From Eledone cirrhosa (taxonomy: Eukaryota), in NCBI GenBank assembly GCA_964016885.1, contig OZ024743.1:349556001-349620000 (forward strand): DNA of 64,000 bases, written 5' to 3'. The position numbers were made by a program, and so were the translations under genes. Numbering within the stretch: position 1 is the first letter of the stretch; every line of letters begins with the position of its first letter. Of the stretch, positions 13,487 through 27,098 are shown piece by piece. Below the pieces are notes generated by a model. That model searched no databases. It saw only the letters and a list, made by a program, of their open reading frames with translations, and was not told where the DNA came from.

Positions 13487-13746
13487 GAAGGAGTGATGAC
13501 GTCACGGATTAGAGAATACTGATGAAGGAAGCGGTGATGACTTCACGCATTAGATATGATTGACGAAGGAATGGGTGATGACGTCATGCATTAGATATGA
13601 TTGACGAACGAAGGGGTGATGACATCACACACTAGAGATGACTGACGAAGGAAGGGGTGATGATATCACACACTAGTTATGACTGGCGAAGGCAGGGGTG
13701 ATGACGTCACACACTAGAGATGACTGACGAAGGAAAGGGTGATGAC
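13487..13746 (+). repeat. 41-bp minisatellite, ~6.3 copies, each with a TGACGTCA-like core
   Basis: Unit approximately GAAGGAAGGGGTGATGACGTCACACACTAGAGATGACTGAC. Perfect TGACGTCA at 13497, 13579 and 13702, spacings of 2x41 and 3x41. Confidence 0.9.
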
Positions 13747-14503
13747 TAACTACAGAAAGCAGCGTCTAACATTTGCTACACGTGTGAGTGTGCATATGTA
13801 TAGTGACTTGGCTACACACATTGGTTGTTATGAGTATGTGAGTGTTCGTGTGTGGATATATATGTATTTGTGTAAATTATATTCATATATGATATTTGTG
13901 TGAGTGTGTATGTATTTGTGTGTGCTCATTTAGAAAGATACGTAGACAATAGAATTACAAACATACACGCATCTACACATAGATATATATATAAATGGAG
14001 ACATTTAGAAAAAATAATGATTACATACACCCACATCTATTGGATGACCGAAGAAGGAGGGGAGTGAGATATTATAGTGGTCCAGCGCTGAAAGATTCGT
14101 CACACTTGTGTGTGTATAGGTATAGCGAATTGGCCACACACATGTGTGTTCGGGTGTTTGTATCACCTGTATGAATGAGCGCGAAGGAACCAATCAACTA
14201 ACCAATAAACAAAAATCTCTTTCTTATATTATGTATACATTTTACGACTAGCCGTCATTTTTGACATCACGTGTCCAGCTAATTCGGATTATAATTAACA
14301 ACATTTGCAACCACAATCAACACATTAATATGAATATTAATGTTAATATCTATCTTTCTTCGGTACTAATGCGAACTAATCCCTACTAATATGGCCAGAA
14401 CAGCCTTACAATCTACAACTGACATCACTAACATTACTAATACACCTCACCACTCCTACATGTATGCGTATATCTATGTATATATATATATATATATATA
14501 TAT

Positions 14504-15791
14504 ACTGATGAAGGACAAACTTTGTTCATATGTAACCCATTTGCAACTCCGCAGCGCCCTTATTATCATATTTACACATATTTTTTCCTCTGCTGCTACC
14601 CGTCTGTTTCGTTCTATGTATCTTTACCCTTTCTAGCAGTCTCTCTCTCTGTTAGCCTCTTCCTCACCCTTCACTCACTCATTCTCTGTCACTACCTCTC
14701 CTCCTCCTCTTTCTTCCCGTTTGACCTGTGTGTAATTCTTTTCTCCCGCACGCTGGCCAAGCTGGTATGAATTTTTTCTCTCTCTCGTCTACGATTTCAC
14801 AGAACTGATGTTTACCAAATTCGCAGACCAGACCCCTTCTTCCTCCCGTTAGACCTGTGCGAAATTCCTTCTTTGCTCACATTTCAACCAGGTTTGATGG
14901 TCTTTATTCTCTCGTTCACGATTTCACCGAATTTAAATTCATAGAAATCTGGGACTTGTCTCTTTCTTCCTCACTTACTGTTGCTTCACCATTTTGTTTA
15001 TTTACCCTCGCGTCCCCTTTATTTACGTGTCCCAACGACTTTTTTTAGCCGTTGCTCGCACCAACCGGAGGTATATGGTCTTTAAAGCGATGAAATGCCT
15101 ATGATGGTTGGAAGATCACTGATGAAAGACAAACTTTGTTCATATGTAACCCATTTGCAACTCCGCAGCGCCCTTATTATCATATTTACACATATTTTTT
15201 CCTCTGCTGCTACCCGTCTGTTTCGTTCTATGTATCTTTACCCTTTCTAGCAGTCTCTCTCTCTGTTAGCCTCTTCCTCGCCCTTCACTCACTCATTCTC
15301 TGTCACTACCTCTCCTCCTCCTCTTTCTTCCCGTTTGACCTGTGTGTAATTTTTTACTCCCGCACGCTGGCCAAGCTGGTATGAATTTTTTCTCTCTCTC
15401 GTCTACGATTTCACAGAACTTATGTTTACCGAATTCGCAGTCAGACCCCTTCTCCCTCCCGTTAGACCTGTGCGAAATTCCTTCCTTGCTGACATTTGAA
15501 CCAGGTTTGATGGTCTTTATTCTCTCGTTCACGATTTCACCGAATTTAAATTCATAGAAATCTGGGACTTGTCTCTTTCTTCCTCACTTACTTTTGCTTC
15601 ACCATTTTGTTTGTTTACCCTCGCGTCCCCTTTATTTACGTGTTCCAACGACTTTTTTTAGCCGTTGCTCGCACCAACCGGAGGTATATGGTCTTTAAAG
15701 CGATGAAATGCCTATGATGGTTGGAAGATCACTGATGAAGGACAAACTTTTTTCATATGTAACCCATTTGCAACTCCGCAGCGCCCTTATT

Positions 15792-15797
<6 letters not shown>
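14504..15797 (+). repeat. Tandem repeat of a ~614-bp non-coding unit (2 full units plus ~67 bp) within (TA)n
   Basis: ACTGATGAA(G/A)GACAAAC starts at 14504, 15118 and 15731. ORFs 14522 and 15136 are near-identical. Both ends abut (TA)n. Confidence 0.95.
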
Positions 15798-15836
<39 letters not shown>

Positions 15837-15839
<3 letters not shown>

Positions 15840-16241
15840 GGAGAGATGACCCCTTAGCCTTTGTCAAGGCAGAATTCTAGGAGAAGGAAAACTCTGATAC
15901 AACACCTGCAATCCTGATGGTATCCAATGATGTTGACTTGTTCTTCTTTTTGGTAAATATCATCTTGGTTAAGAGAGTGGGACTGGCTTTGTGCAGTGCC
16001 TTTGCTCACTATAAAAGCTTCACGGCACAGGCATTGCTTTATATCTGAATATCTCTCTGCACTTGTCATCACATGGTACCATGGGCCCAGCACTATGTGT
16101 CAATAATTGTCACAAGTGTAATGTTTGTACCAGAGTTTTCAAGTCGCTGGTTGGACTAAAAAGTCACACTCGTTCAGCGCATCGGTAGGGTTTCTCCTAC
16201 ATGGATATAAAGTAGTGGCCTTACTCGAAAACGAGTTGGCA
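15837..16241 (+). mobile_element. Non-autonomous retroposon (family B, probably RTE-dependent), 5'-truncated
   Basis: Near-identical to 38967-39371 (ORFs 15854-16093 and 38984-39223 differ by few residues). Confidence 0.7.
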
Positions 16242-16264
16242 AACATTATATATATTTATATAAT

Positions 16265-16400
16265 ACAGAGTGTGTGGTAAGATACCAGGGGGACCATAAC
16301 GCACCATAGTACTCGATACTTAAGGTAGTAGAGTGAGTAATATGAAAATATTCAGGATCCCGACTAGAACTGTTTCATTCGAAGGAATTCATCATACTCA
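16265..16400 (-). mobile_element. PLE-type 3' tail with a degenerate hammerhead
   Basis: 16269-16340 is a reverse-complement homolog of 41851-41920. Minus strand reads ATGATGA-ATTC-CTTC-GAAT-GAAACAG, like the HHR at 36414-36464 but with C3 and the cleavage triplet mutated. Confidence 0.55.
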
Positions 16401-17035
16401 TGTATATACGACCAAGAAGCAAGTTAAGAATGTAATACACAATGTTAAACAAAGACGGTTAACAACAATGTGAAGATATTGAAAACAACTTTCATAAACC
16501 TAGACCTTTTTGAAGTTTTGCTGACGTATGTCACTTTAACTTGGCCTTAGCTAGAGAGAAATTTAGCGAAAAGTATGAAATTATATTTGATATTTGCAGA
16601 ATATTTGACAGAGTCTGGCTGGTATTAACTAAGCTATCCATCTGGACGTGAAGAGTGCTACACAAAATGCATCTGAAAATCAACGCTTCATATACAAAAA
16701 AGGTTTTGTAGTTACGACGAAATAAAATGAATCTGCCTATACAACGCTAATTGCATTAAAACCTCATTTATGGAGCTAAAGATTTTATTATCACCATATT
16801 TCTGGAAACATTCTTCCTATTAGAACATTGTACAATCTCTATTTAAAATTGCACATAAATCAAAGAGAGATACATTTTTAAAAACGGGGATGTCATAATA
16901 TATGTAAAAACTGCATTCAATAAGCATTTATCACTAATGAGCCCCATAAAAATAATAGGACACAACGCCATACTAGTAGTGCAGCTTTTCTAAATAAAAA
17001 CTGCCAACTTGAAACATTAATACTATAGACATATA

Positions 17036-17650
17036 CAGTAATCACTCGCTATATCGCGGTCCACTCTTCGCGGTCCCGCTACATCGCAGATTTTTCTTTG
17101 GAACATATCTAATTTCCTATCACAGTAATCCTCGTTACATCGCGGACTTTTCCTAAGAACATATCTATTTCCTTACACGGTACGTACGTCTGAATAAAAA
17201 GTGTTTAAAATTTAAACTTATTAAATGAGTTTCGTTGTGATTGAAGTGTATAGCTTAAGGCTCTAACTATAAAAAAAGGTGTTTATTTTTCGTTCCATTA
17301 CTGTTTTACTGATTGTGTTTTTCTCTAACCTACTACAAACCCTTCATAGATTGACGGGAGATGTGCAGTGTATTACCAAGCGGTTATCGTGGCTGGCAAT
17401 GGTCATCATTGGTAACTAGTGTTACGATGGTTGGTGGTAGTTCCTATACGATCGTTACTGGCTGTTTTTGGTGTTTAAATACAAAAGTGTGTTTTAATGA
17501 GCTTATATGTGCTTAAAGCGTGCAGGAGAGGTATTTTAAGATTTAAACTATGAGAACAACGGTTGTCTTTCGGGTCTCTCTATATCGGGGGTTTTCATTT
17601 ATCGTGGTTGGTTCTGGAACGTATCCTCCGCGATAAACGGGGGATTACTG
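17036..17650. mobile_element. Tc1/mariner superfamily (Tigger/pogo-like) MITE
   Basis: TIRs CAGTAATCACTCGCTATATCGCGG and CCGCGATAAACGGGGGATTACTG, TA dinucleotide on both sides, no coding capacity. Confidence 0.85.
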
Positions 17651-17799
17651 TATATATATATATATATATATACCAATATGAATTTATCCAACCGTCCAAG
17701 GAACTCTTTATCTATCCAGCTATCATCACAAATCACTCGACCATCAAGAAAGAAAGTAATCTTAAAAAATAAAAAAAGGACAAGAGGCTGAGTTTGATC

Positions 17800-18100
17800 A
17801 AAAGAGAAAACCAAAGTTCATCAGTATTCAATAACATCACATAGATACTGTAATACATTCCTTCGTCCACGTACCCTTCTAACGGCCATTGATATCAGCA
17901 AAGTTTTGACCGTCACTCCCTTCTCTACAACATAGAAAAACTCTTCATAACACACCAAGAAAAAAACACAAATGCTGACCCGCAAACTAACTGTTAGGAA
18001 GCTAATCATATGTTAGTGTACGAGATCAACAATTTCTTAGCATGCAATATCCCAAACGGAGTACGTCCAAGAACAGTACGCGGATAACGAACTCTGATAA
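17800..18100 (+). mobile_element. Highly decayed LINE RT fragment
   Basis: Manual translation RTLLTAIDISKV (compare AIDISKAFD) near 17870-17905, and NGV.../YADN near 18055-18090. Confidence 0.4.
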
Positions 18101-20317
18101 ATTACAAAACACAAATTAGCGCAACACCATACCAGAGTTTTAAAAATTCGAACCACAACTGTCTCTGTTATTACATGAAATACCACCTCCAAATACCCAC
18201 GTGTATATATACAATGTAACAGTGCTAAGCTGCAACAATACCTTAAAAACACTACCACACCTAATCAAACCAGACATAACAGAAAATATATGCACGTAGG
18301 AGGTGCTGGTGCCGATATATTCGATTGACTGGTAAGTAGGTACTTTTCAATATTGCCCCACCGCTCCACCTTTTATGTCACTACTACATTGTCTTTTGTT
18401 TGTTACAGCTATACCACCTCCATTTAATCCTGCCTAATCACTTGCCCCTTCTTTTCTAATACTTTTCTCCTCTTGAGCTTTCACAATCCACTACTTCCAA
18501 TCCTTAAATGTCAACCCAACGGAATTCATTCTTTCGTTCCTGCTCATGTTCTCTCAGCAGACATTAATTTGCTCATGTTGTAACTAAAAATGAACGGCAT
18601 CAATCTCACCATTTCTGGGAAACATCTCTTCCTCCTGACAAATCCATTAAAAGAAAGTATTTATATAATTCATCTAAAATATTCCTTCCAAACCTCTTAA
18701 TTGGATTTGTTGCTCCTTAATCTTGACAATTAAGAGGGATTTTCTTCGTCAAATATTCATCCTCATTCCTTTTATCAAATTATTAAATTATTGAATAATT
18801 ATTAAGTTTTTGAATAATGGGATGGCTGTTAAATATTTTAATAAAAAGTTTGAAACATAATTCATTTCCAAAGGTTCATTTCTAGTAGTGTTGTTTCTTT
18901 CCATATTTTCCCTGTGCTGCATTACTAAACCTTCTCATTTGTGGTAATAACCTGGTTATTCTTACTTCTGCTCTATTTTTTTTACTTATCTTACACTTAG
19001 CGCTGAATTTAAATCTATTTTTTCCATTTGTATCTTCAAGTTAATATATTTATGTTTTAGTTTGTATCCTCCTCGTTATGAATTTGTTCATGTTCTTTAC
19101 TTGGGCTTTAATATTTTGATATGGCTACATTTAAGAAAGCTTCCAATTTGCTTTCCGATTACTGTTGCTTTGCATATAGTATTTGCGTTGTTTTAATGAT
19201 TTTCATGTTCATATCATTATGATATTATCATGTGCTCGATTCTCATTACCACCTCCTCTGTGTAGTTGATGGAACATCCTCCGCGTCAAAAAAAAAGTGG
19301 AGTGTATAAGTGGAGTGTATATGTGATGATAACCATGGTGCGATACTGGACTCTCCTTAAATATGTGATAAACATATAACCATTGTTACTGTAACTACTC
19401 ACTCTGACAGATATACTTTATCCAGTAAATTACTTTACACCAGACAATACATAATCTGAGGAACGTACAGTTTTGTGTGAGCTCTATGAACGAAGAGTAC
19501 ATGAATAAATTTATAGATATTAAGTGTGTAAGTGTCTGTGTGTGTATTTGCGTGTGCGTGTATAGCTTCCGTATGAGTGAGCAACCGTTCATTTAACGGT
19601 ATTATAGTGTAGAAGATCACGTCACCTAGATTTGACTTTGGAGGCAGTCGATTAACTGCCCTTAGTTCTGACGTCACGTTCTGACGTCAGTAGCTGAATA
19701 CACTCTCTTTTCAACTTTTGGTGTTGATGCGAGCAGACGTATTTCACTGTGGCGAAACAGCGATATTGCACCATGCGGTCACGGAATATTTGAACACCGC
19801 CATTTAATGATAATTACGAATTACCAATCAAGGAGCAACTGATATGATAACCTGTTTTGTTTATTACTCTGATTAAAATGCTCATGTACATATAATCTCG
19901 AGGTATGTTCTTTTTGCTTAATTGTTTACCTACACCTAACAACAAATAGATGAGATGTCTAGCAGCCAAGCTAGGGAAACGAACTCCCCTCTAAATCGTA
20001 AAACAACTCAGCCTTCTAAAATGGTGACCAACTCTCCTAAAATAGAATTGTGCCCTTTATCGTGTGTATTAGGGTTTGTATGCGTGTTGTATGTAGGAGA
20101 GATATAGGGGAGTATGTGAATTACACATACATATATAACTAATTGAGGTTACATAACTTTGTGAAGATTAAGGTATTAGAGTGGAATATCTTATTCTTCA
20201 TAATAAATATACAGTTAAACGCACAATTAATTTCATTAAATCGAGATAAAAACAATCTATTTCCTGTATGTATATATTTGACCAATGTTGCGGCGAAGAT
20301 TTAAGAGAGAAATCATT

Positions 20318-20501
20318 AATTGTTTCTACTTTTGGCACAAGACCAGCAATTACCACAGTGCATTACTGGTGCTTTATTTTATCAACCCCGTAAGGATGAA
20401 CGAAAGGCAAAGCAAACCTCGGCGGGATTTGAACTTAGAACGTAAAGCGCCATAACTATGCTGAAAAGAATGGTGTCTGAAGCACTACCGATTCTGCCAA
20501 T
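20318..20501 (-). mobile_element. tRNA-derived SINE (family A)
   Basis: Reverse complement of the family A tail, core and head. Confidence 0.85.
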
Positions 20502-20703
20502 AATACCTACGGGAAGGACCATTCGGCAATACAAATTGGTGAAAATCTAAGTAGCATTTATTCCTGACTCCTGATGTGCCGTAATAATAATCGCACGCAT
20601 ACTCATGTGTGTTTGGGGGTCGAGGTGGGAGTCTGGGGTGTATATGTATGTATAGATGCATGTATGTAAGTATGTATGTATGTATGATTTCGTTTCATTA
20701 TCC

Positions 20704-20806
20704 AGCCGAAGTTAACTTTGCCTTTCATCCTTACCGGGTCGATAAAATAAAGTACCAGTAATACACTGGGATAATCTCTGGTCTTGTGCCAAAAGTAGAA
20801 ACAATT
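20704..20806 (+). mobile_element. 5'-truncated SINE (family A)
   Basis: GCCGAAGTTAACTTTGCC...GGTCGATAAAATAAAGTACCAG...AGTAGAAAC. Confidence 0.85.
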
Positions 20807-21039
20807 ATTTTATAATGTTTTACCAATAGAAAGAGAGAACCGGTTTTTAACATAGACACAAGACTCTCTCATTGGAATTTAGACATCAACTTGGTAAATA
20901 TGTCTGCTTGTCGGCATGCGTGTGTGTGTATAGAGGTATGGATGTTATTGTATGTGTGGGTGTGTATGTTTTGAGTTATATGTGTGCATGTGCATATGTT
21001 TTGAATCTGTACATGTGTGTATGAAGTTATTACATGCAG

Positions 21040-22235
21040 AACTTCCGGAATGTTTTACATATTTTTACAGTTCCATTAATGGATTGCACTTCTAACTTCC
21101 TAACTAGTTGCATTCTGTCTGGTTCTGTGAATGCCATCGTCTAAAGAAGGATACAGAGGCAGTTAGTTACATATCCCAGAGCTCCAATGATCACAAGTAT
21201 AAATCTGAAGGTTTAGTCAGAGAGGAGTATCTGCAGATTTCTCATTAGTTCAGCATAGATGTCCTCCTTTTGGCTAATCTTCCATATTCTATTGGCATCT
21301 TCTAGACAGCTGACTTCCACGACTGTGCATGCCTTATTTTCCCTGTCCCATATCACTATATGTGATCTGTTATGCTTGCATTTTATTGGGTTTTGGACTG
21401 GAACATTACAGCAGTACATGTATGTATGTGTCTTTCGCATTGCTGTAACTTTTAATATGTTTATTGTCGGGAATATCGTGTCTACGGATTGGATTGTATA
21501 GTATTTTGTCCAGTACACCATGCCTCATAGGACAGTAGTTTATGACGTAGGTGTCATATTCGATGTTAATTGTTGTCAGCATTGTTGTCACATCTAAGTC
21601 TTTTGCCTGCATCCCTATCTCTTTTTTTAATCAGTTATTTTGTATTGAGTTCCTGTTCTTAGATTGCAAAAACATATCCTTGAAATAAACTGCTTTGCAT
21701 TTATATATTGCTCTCAATTTGGAGCCTCCTGACAACAGATGCATGATTTTGTTGCTGATAAGCATTTCAATTTTTCAACCATAGATTCACTGCGCTATTG
21801 CAGACAGACTTGCACAATAGATGGGCTCCAAAGCTTCATTCGTAGATGTTATCGGAGGGATATGCTGCGACACACAAATGCCGTTTTCACTGATGTTATG
21901 CCTCTGCCTCCCTGTATACATTTCAGGTTAAAGCAATCCACGTCACTGTTGATATGGAGGTTTCCGGTGTTGTTTAGCATTTTTCGGGTTTTAACATCGA
22001 TAACTCGGATTTCATCTATCGTCCAAGTGAGTATTTCAAATATTGGAGTTAGGACAGACACAGCAAACATATTGTGAGCCACAGTTTTATTGTGTGCAGA
22101 GATTTCAGATAACCATATTTTGTCTTCATCAGGTGTAATATTCCCTGGGTTCACGTTCCTTGTTGCAAATACCATCATAGGACATACTCTCATTTATCCC
22201 TAGGTATATGTAGCACACCTCGTTAAATATCGTTG
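21040..22235 (-). mobile_element. Decayed R4/Dong-type LINE (RT thumb plus REL endonuclease)
   Basis: ORF 21849-22193 (HNMFAVSVL..IDVKTRKML..GGRG) and ORF 21213-21521 (KHNRSHIVIWDRENK..VVEVSC..KEDIY). Confidence 0.8.
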
Positions 22236-22339
22236 AAACAATTAGGTAATAAAAATGATGTTAGCATGGCTTATGTATGAATGTATGTATGTATCTATGC
22301 ATGCATGTATGCATATATGTATGTTTGTATATATGTATG

Positions 22340-22408
<69 letters not shown>

Positions 22409-23151
22409 CGACCGATATACTAGTAAATACAATTCCAAAAAAATGTTTTTCTATATATTAAGAACTTTTTAAGAGTAACTTACTCACTATTTTGAAAATG
22501 TGGACGTGAACAACAATTATTATTGATTGGCTGCTATTTGCAGTAGAGCAATATAAGGTTGCACTTACCAATGAAACGGTCGTAAATACCTGGATAAAAT
22601 CCTTTTTTTTTAAAGCTTACCTGTGTTTTCACTTTTATACTATATATATATATGTATGAAAGCATTTATTAAATCTTATACCTTGATTCTCGTTATTCTA
22701 TTATTCCTTATTAGATTACAGAATCTATATACACAAAGTAGGACAAAAAACAGCGTAAAAAATGTAAATCTGCTGTGGAATATTGAAACCCCTTACGAGC
22801 GACAGATTCTAAACGCTGCTAACTACTCGAGGAAGAATAGAATAAAAATAAGAATTAAGAATTTCACGAAGAAGAATTAAGATATTAATAAGAATTAATT
22901 ACATTAATGTAAATGTATTATGAATAGCAAATGGACAAAAACCCTTTGTCATTTATCTAAAGATTAAATATAATTCCATGGGAAATAATAGAACGTTAAC
23001 GTCAACAGCTAAAAATCTCAGTTCTAAAAGAAGACACTGATAACTCTGCCTTATAAGCCTCCCAATTATGTAATAACAGAAATATATTCTAAAAAAGAAA
23101 TAAAGCGCATGCTCAGGGCGAGAGAGAGAGTGTGTGTGTGGGTGTGGGTGT

Positions 23152-23183
<32 letters not shown>

Positions 23184-23562
23184 AGAGGGGGTATTCTATA
23201 CGAGACAATAGAACTAATTCAGTTAGTCATTCAATTCTAGATAAGTGTATATATTTACGAAGATATTAGAAAGTAGTTAAATATATCGAAACGGAGTTTA
23301 TTCTACTCTTTTAAATTTAATGAGAAGAATAATAATCTGCTCCTTTCATGAATATCGGATACTTGTAGAAAATAAGAGTACACCAGGAATCGAGATATTA
23401 CTAAAACATGCCAAATATACATATTTCCCTATAACATTGAAAAAGAAAGAATGCAAAGTACTATGTTCATTGCAGGTTATGACTATTTATGACTATAAGT
23501 GATATCATTTATAAAACAACCCTCACCCATCCTATATCGTATTTCCTTGTGGTAGTTTAAAT

Positions 23563-24407
23563 CAGGGGTTCTCAACCTGGTCGACCGAAAAATTCAGGTG
23601 GTCCACAGAAAATTTTCTGTGGACCACCTGAAAAATTTAAATTCTTCCGTACACGCACACGTCACACAAACGAAACACACACCTCGCACACCTCGCACCT
23701 GTGAGTGCACTTGAGAGCACGCTTTTCCTATTGGACGATTAGCTATCCAATCATACACGGACGCGTACCAGACAAGTACAGACGCATACAGACGTTAGCG
23801 CGCATAAAAACACACAACAAATCGCGTGTTCTCGGCCGGTCGACACGATCGTGTTTTCTACCTGACTTTTGAATTGAGGATTACTAGCGAAACAGCAGAC
23901 ATATTCAAACTGGTTTTCTTATTGGTGTTCTCATTTCTTTGTTCTCTGTCGTCTTGGTGCTTAAAACATGTCCCTTAGAGGAACAGAAAAGGAATTTCAT
24001 TGCAAAGTGAAAATGGTACTGACCATTCAAATCGATCTTACCAATTAGAAGTAGAAACTTATTCACAACATCAATGCTTCATATTAGATATGAAATCTAA
24101 AAAATTCAAATTAATAACGAATAAGTTATGTGTTGCTTGCTGCAATAGCAAATTCTTTTTTGATCCATGCATTTGACTTAAAGCGCTGTTCTTATTCTTC
24201 GCATAAGTACGACTTCAGTTGTTTATTTGCGTAGATTTTTAGTCACTGAGACATGATAATAGCATTTTCTAATTCATTGAAAAAAAAACATCTACTGATG
24301 CTTATAAGTAGCAGTTCTATTACAAAAGATTTAAAAGTTTAGGTGGTCCACACGAAATAATTACTTATTTTGGTGGTCTACAGCGAAAAAAAGGTTGAGA
24401 ACCCCTG
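23563..24407. mobile_element. hAT (Charlie-like) MITE
   Basis: 16-bp perfect TIRs CAGGGGTTCTCAACCT and AGGTTGAGAACCCCTG. Subterminal GGTGGTC(C/T)AC motifs at both ends. 8-bp flanks GTTTAAAT and GTTATGAT match only 5/8. Confidence 0.85.
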
Positions 24408-24579
24408 GTTATGATAATATACGTACCTGTTGAGAAAAGCCCAACTAAAAATGTATAACTTTATAGACATATTTATGTACACTAGGTTACTTCTACAACC
24501 GTCGGCTAATGCGTTCATAGACTATGAAGGTGTGATGCTAGAGCAATGAAATCTTGCATGCATTAATTTCAACTATTCA

Positions 24580-24767
24580 GGGCGGTGGATTGGCAGTATC
24601 GGTAGAGGGTCTGATGCCATCCTTTGCAGCACAGAGTTACGGCCCTTTATGGTCTGAGTTCAAATCCCGCCGAAGTTAACTTTGCCTTTCATCCTTACGG
24701 GGTCGATAAAATAAAGTACCAGTAATACACTGAGTTAATTGCTGGCCTTGTGCCAAAAGTAGAAATA
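24580..24767 (+). mobile_element. tRNA-derived SINE (family A), full length with 17-bp TSD
   Basis: TSD ATTAATTTCAACTATTC at 24562-24578 and 24768-24784. Confidence 0.92.
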
Positions 24768-25112
24768 ATTAATTTCAACTATTCTTATTAATAACTGCAT
24801 TGTTTCTTTCCATAAATACTATTAAAAAATGAACCTCATTAGAGTAGGTTTGTCACCCTATGAATGTTTCAGTCAGCCCGCGTATATATAATATATATAA
24901 TGTTATCATATACATTGACTACTTCGCTCACTACATGATATATGCCGTAATTGCCTACGAAGGAAAGCACTAACTACTACAAGAGGACAAACAAAAATGA
25001 TCGTTACGCAAGCTGATCGACAGTGAAACATATGTACTCTGTAATTAATTATGTATATGATGCAACACTGATTCTATGTTACCTTATATATTATTATTAT
25101 TATTGATACACT

Positions 25113-25212
25113 ACCGAGGTTGACTTTGCCTTTCATCCTTACGGGGTCGATAAAATAAAGTACCAGTAATGCACTGGATAATTGCTGGCCTTGTGCCTAA
25201 AGTAGAAACAAT
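25113..25212 (+). mobile_element. 5'-truncated SINE (family A)
   Basis: Core and tail present. ATTATTATTGATAC is repeated on both sides. Confidence 0.85.
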
Positions 25213-25330
25213 TATTATTGATACTCTACTCACCACGAGCATCGCGTGCTCATGTCGGCATACCACTTACGGATGCAATTAATTTTCACCTTTAATACCT
25301 ATATATATATATATATAATTTCTCATTCCT

Positions 25331-25366
25331 TCTTCTGGTGAAAGACTAGCGTCCGAAACGTTAAGA
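25331..25366 (+). ncRNA. Minimal type I hammerhead motif, probably inactive (A6G)
   Basis: tctt-CTGGTGA-aagac-tagc-gtcc-GAAAC-GTT-aaga: stem I TCTT/AAGA, stem II GAC/GTC, palindromic AACGTT stem III. Confidence 0.6.
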
Positions 25367-25592
25367 CATTCTTCCTGCTATTTCAAGCGTTAACCTAATG
25401 CATTCCTTCCATATAATGTACCAATTGTCTTGTTATTTCTGTTTACCTTTTAAATACACACACACATACATACACACACACGCACGCACACTCATACACG
25501 GGCACACACACACACACACATATATATATTTATATATATATATACATATATATATATACATATATGTATGTATGTATGTATGTATGTATATA

Positions 25593-25673
<81 letters not shown>

Positions 25674-25989
25674 GTGTGTGTGTTTATGTCTATATATAAA
25701 TATATATATGTGTGTGTGTATGCTTATATACACATATATATAAACACAAGGGCATAGGATTATTACAGATAGGCACTAAAAAGATAATGTGTTTGGAGCA
25801 ACGTCTTTTATGTCTGAAATTAGTTCCATCACATATGATTTCATAAACTGACATTTGTACATTCATGCACACATAAAGATATAAGGATGTATATATAAAT
25901 ATATAAAAGCTATATATATATTTCTATGTATATATACACACTACACACATAAACACAGATATACATACATACATACATATACATACATG

Positions 25990-26045
<56 letters not shown>

Positions 26046-26134
26046 TATAGATAGATATATGTGTGTGTGTGTGTATTTATATCTTTATTATTTATGTCTG
26101 TGTTTATATAACTATATACGTGTATATATGTGGG

Positions 26135-26168
<34 letters not shown>

Positions 26169-26184
26169 CCTATATACATCTCTC

Positions 26185-26249
<65 letters not shown>

Positions 26250-26589
26250 CACACATTGTGTGTTGGATATTGTGTGTGTATAGTTGTATTTGCAGGTAGA
26301 ACATTTCATGGCAAACTGACATCCTGTTTCTGGAAGCTTCTGTTGATAATTGCCTGCCATATATTGTCATTCACTTATTTATATACTCAAATATCACTTG
26401 GTCTTTGAAACCAGCTTTCTTTGTGTAAATCTCTCTTGAAAGTCTGTATTGTTTTTACTCATGTTTAGCATTGTTTTTTCTTCTATACATCTGTATTTTT
26501 ATATCTAGTATATGTATACTCTTTTTTTTATGTTATAGTTCTTTTCAACCCTTTTGAATTTTTTCTCTGATTTCTTATTTGCGTTTCTC

Positions 26590-26660
<71 letters not shown>

Positions 26661-26919
26661 TTCTTTCCACCCTCTCTGTCTCTTTTTCTCTCTCTTGTTC
26701 TCTCTCTCTCTGTCACTCTCTCTCCCTCTCTCTCCCACTCTCATCCTCTCTCTCCTTCCCTCGCTCTGTCTCACTCTATCCCCCTCTCTCTCTTTACACT
26801 TGCTACTTATCACCCTTTCTATCTGCCTACCTATCTATTCAATTGTAAGTAGGTAGATAGATAAAGAGACAGAAATGCATAAGTATATATGTCTGCGTGC
26901 GTGTATGTTTATATAATTA

Positions 26920-26954
<35 letters not shown>

Positions 26955-27038
26955 TGTGTGTGTGTATGTGTATATACATAAATATATTTATAAATATTGC
27001 ATATATCATATATATATATAATTATATATATATATACA

Positions 27039-27098
<60 letters not shown>

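Noticed and set aside
13487-13746. CRISPR-like periodicity
   Set aside because: Whole units are repeated without unique spacers, the context is eukaryotic, and no cas genes are present.
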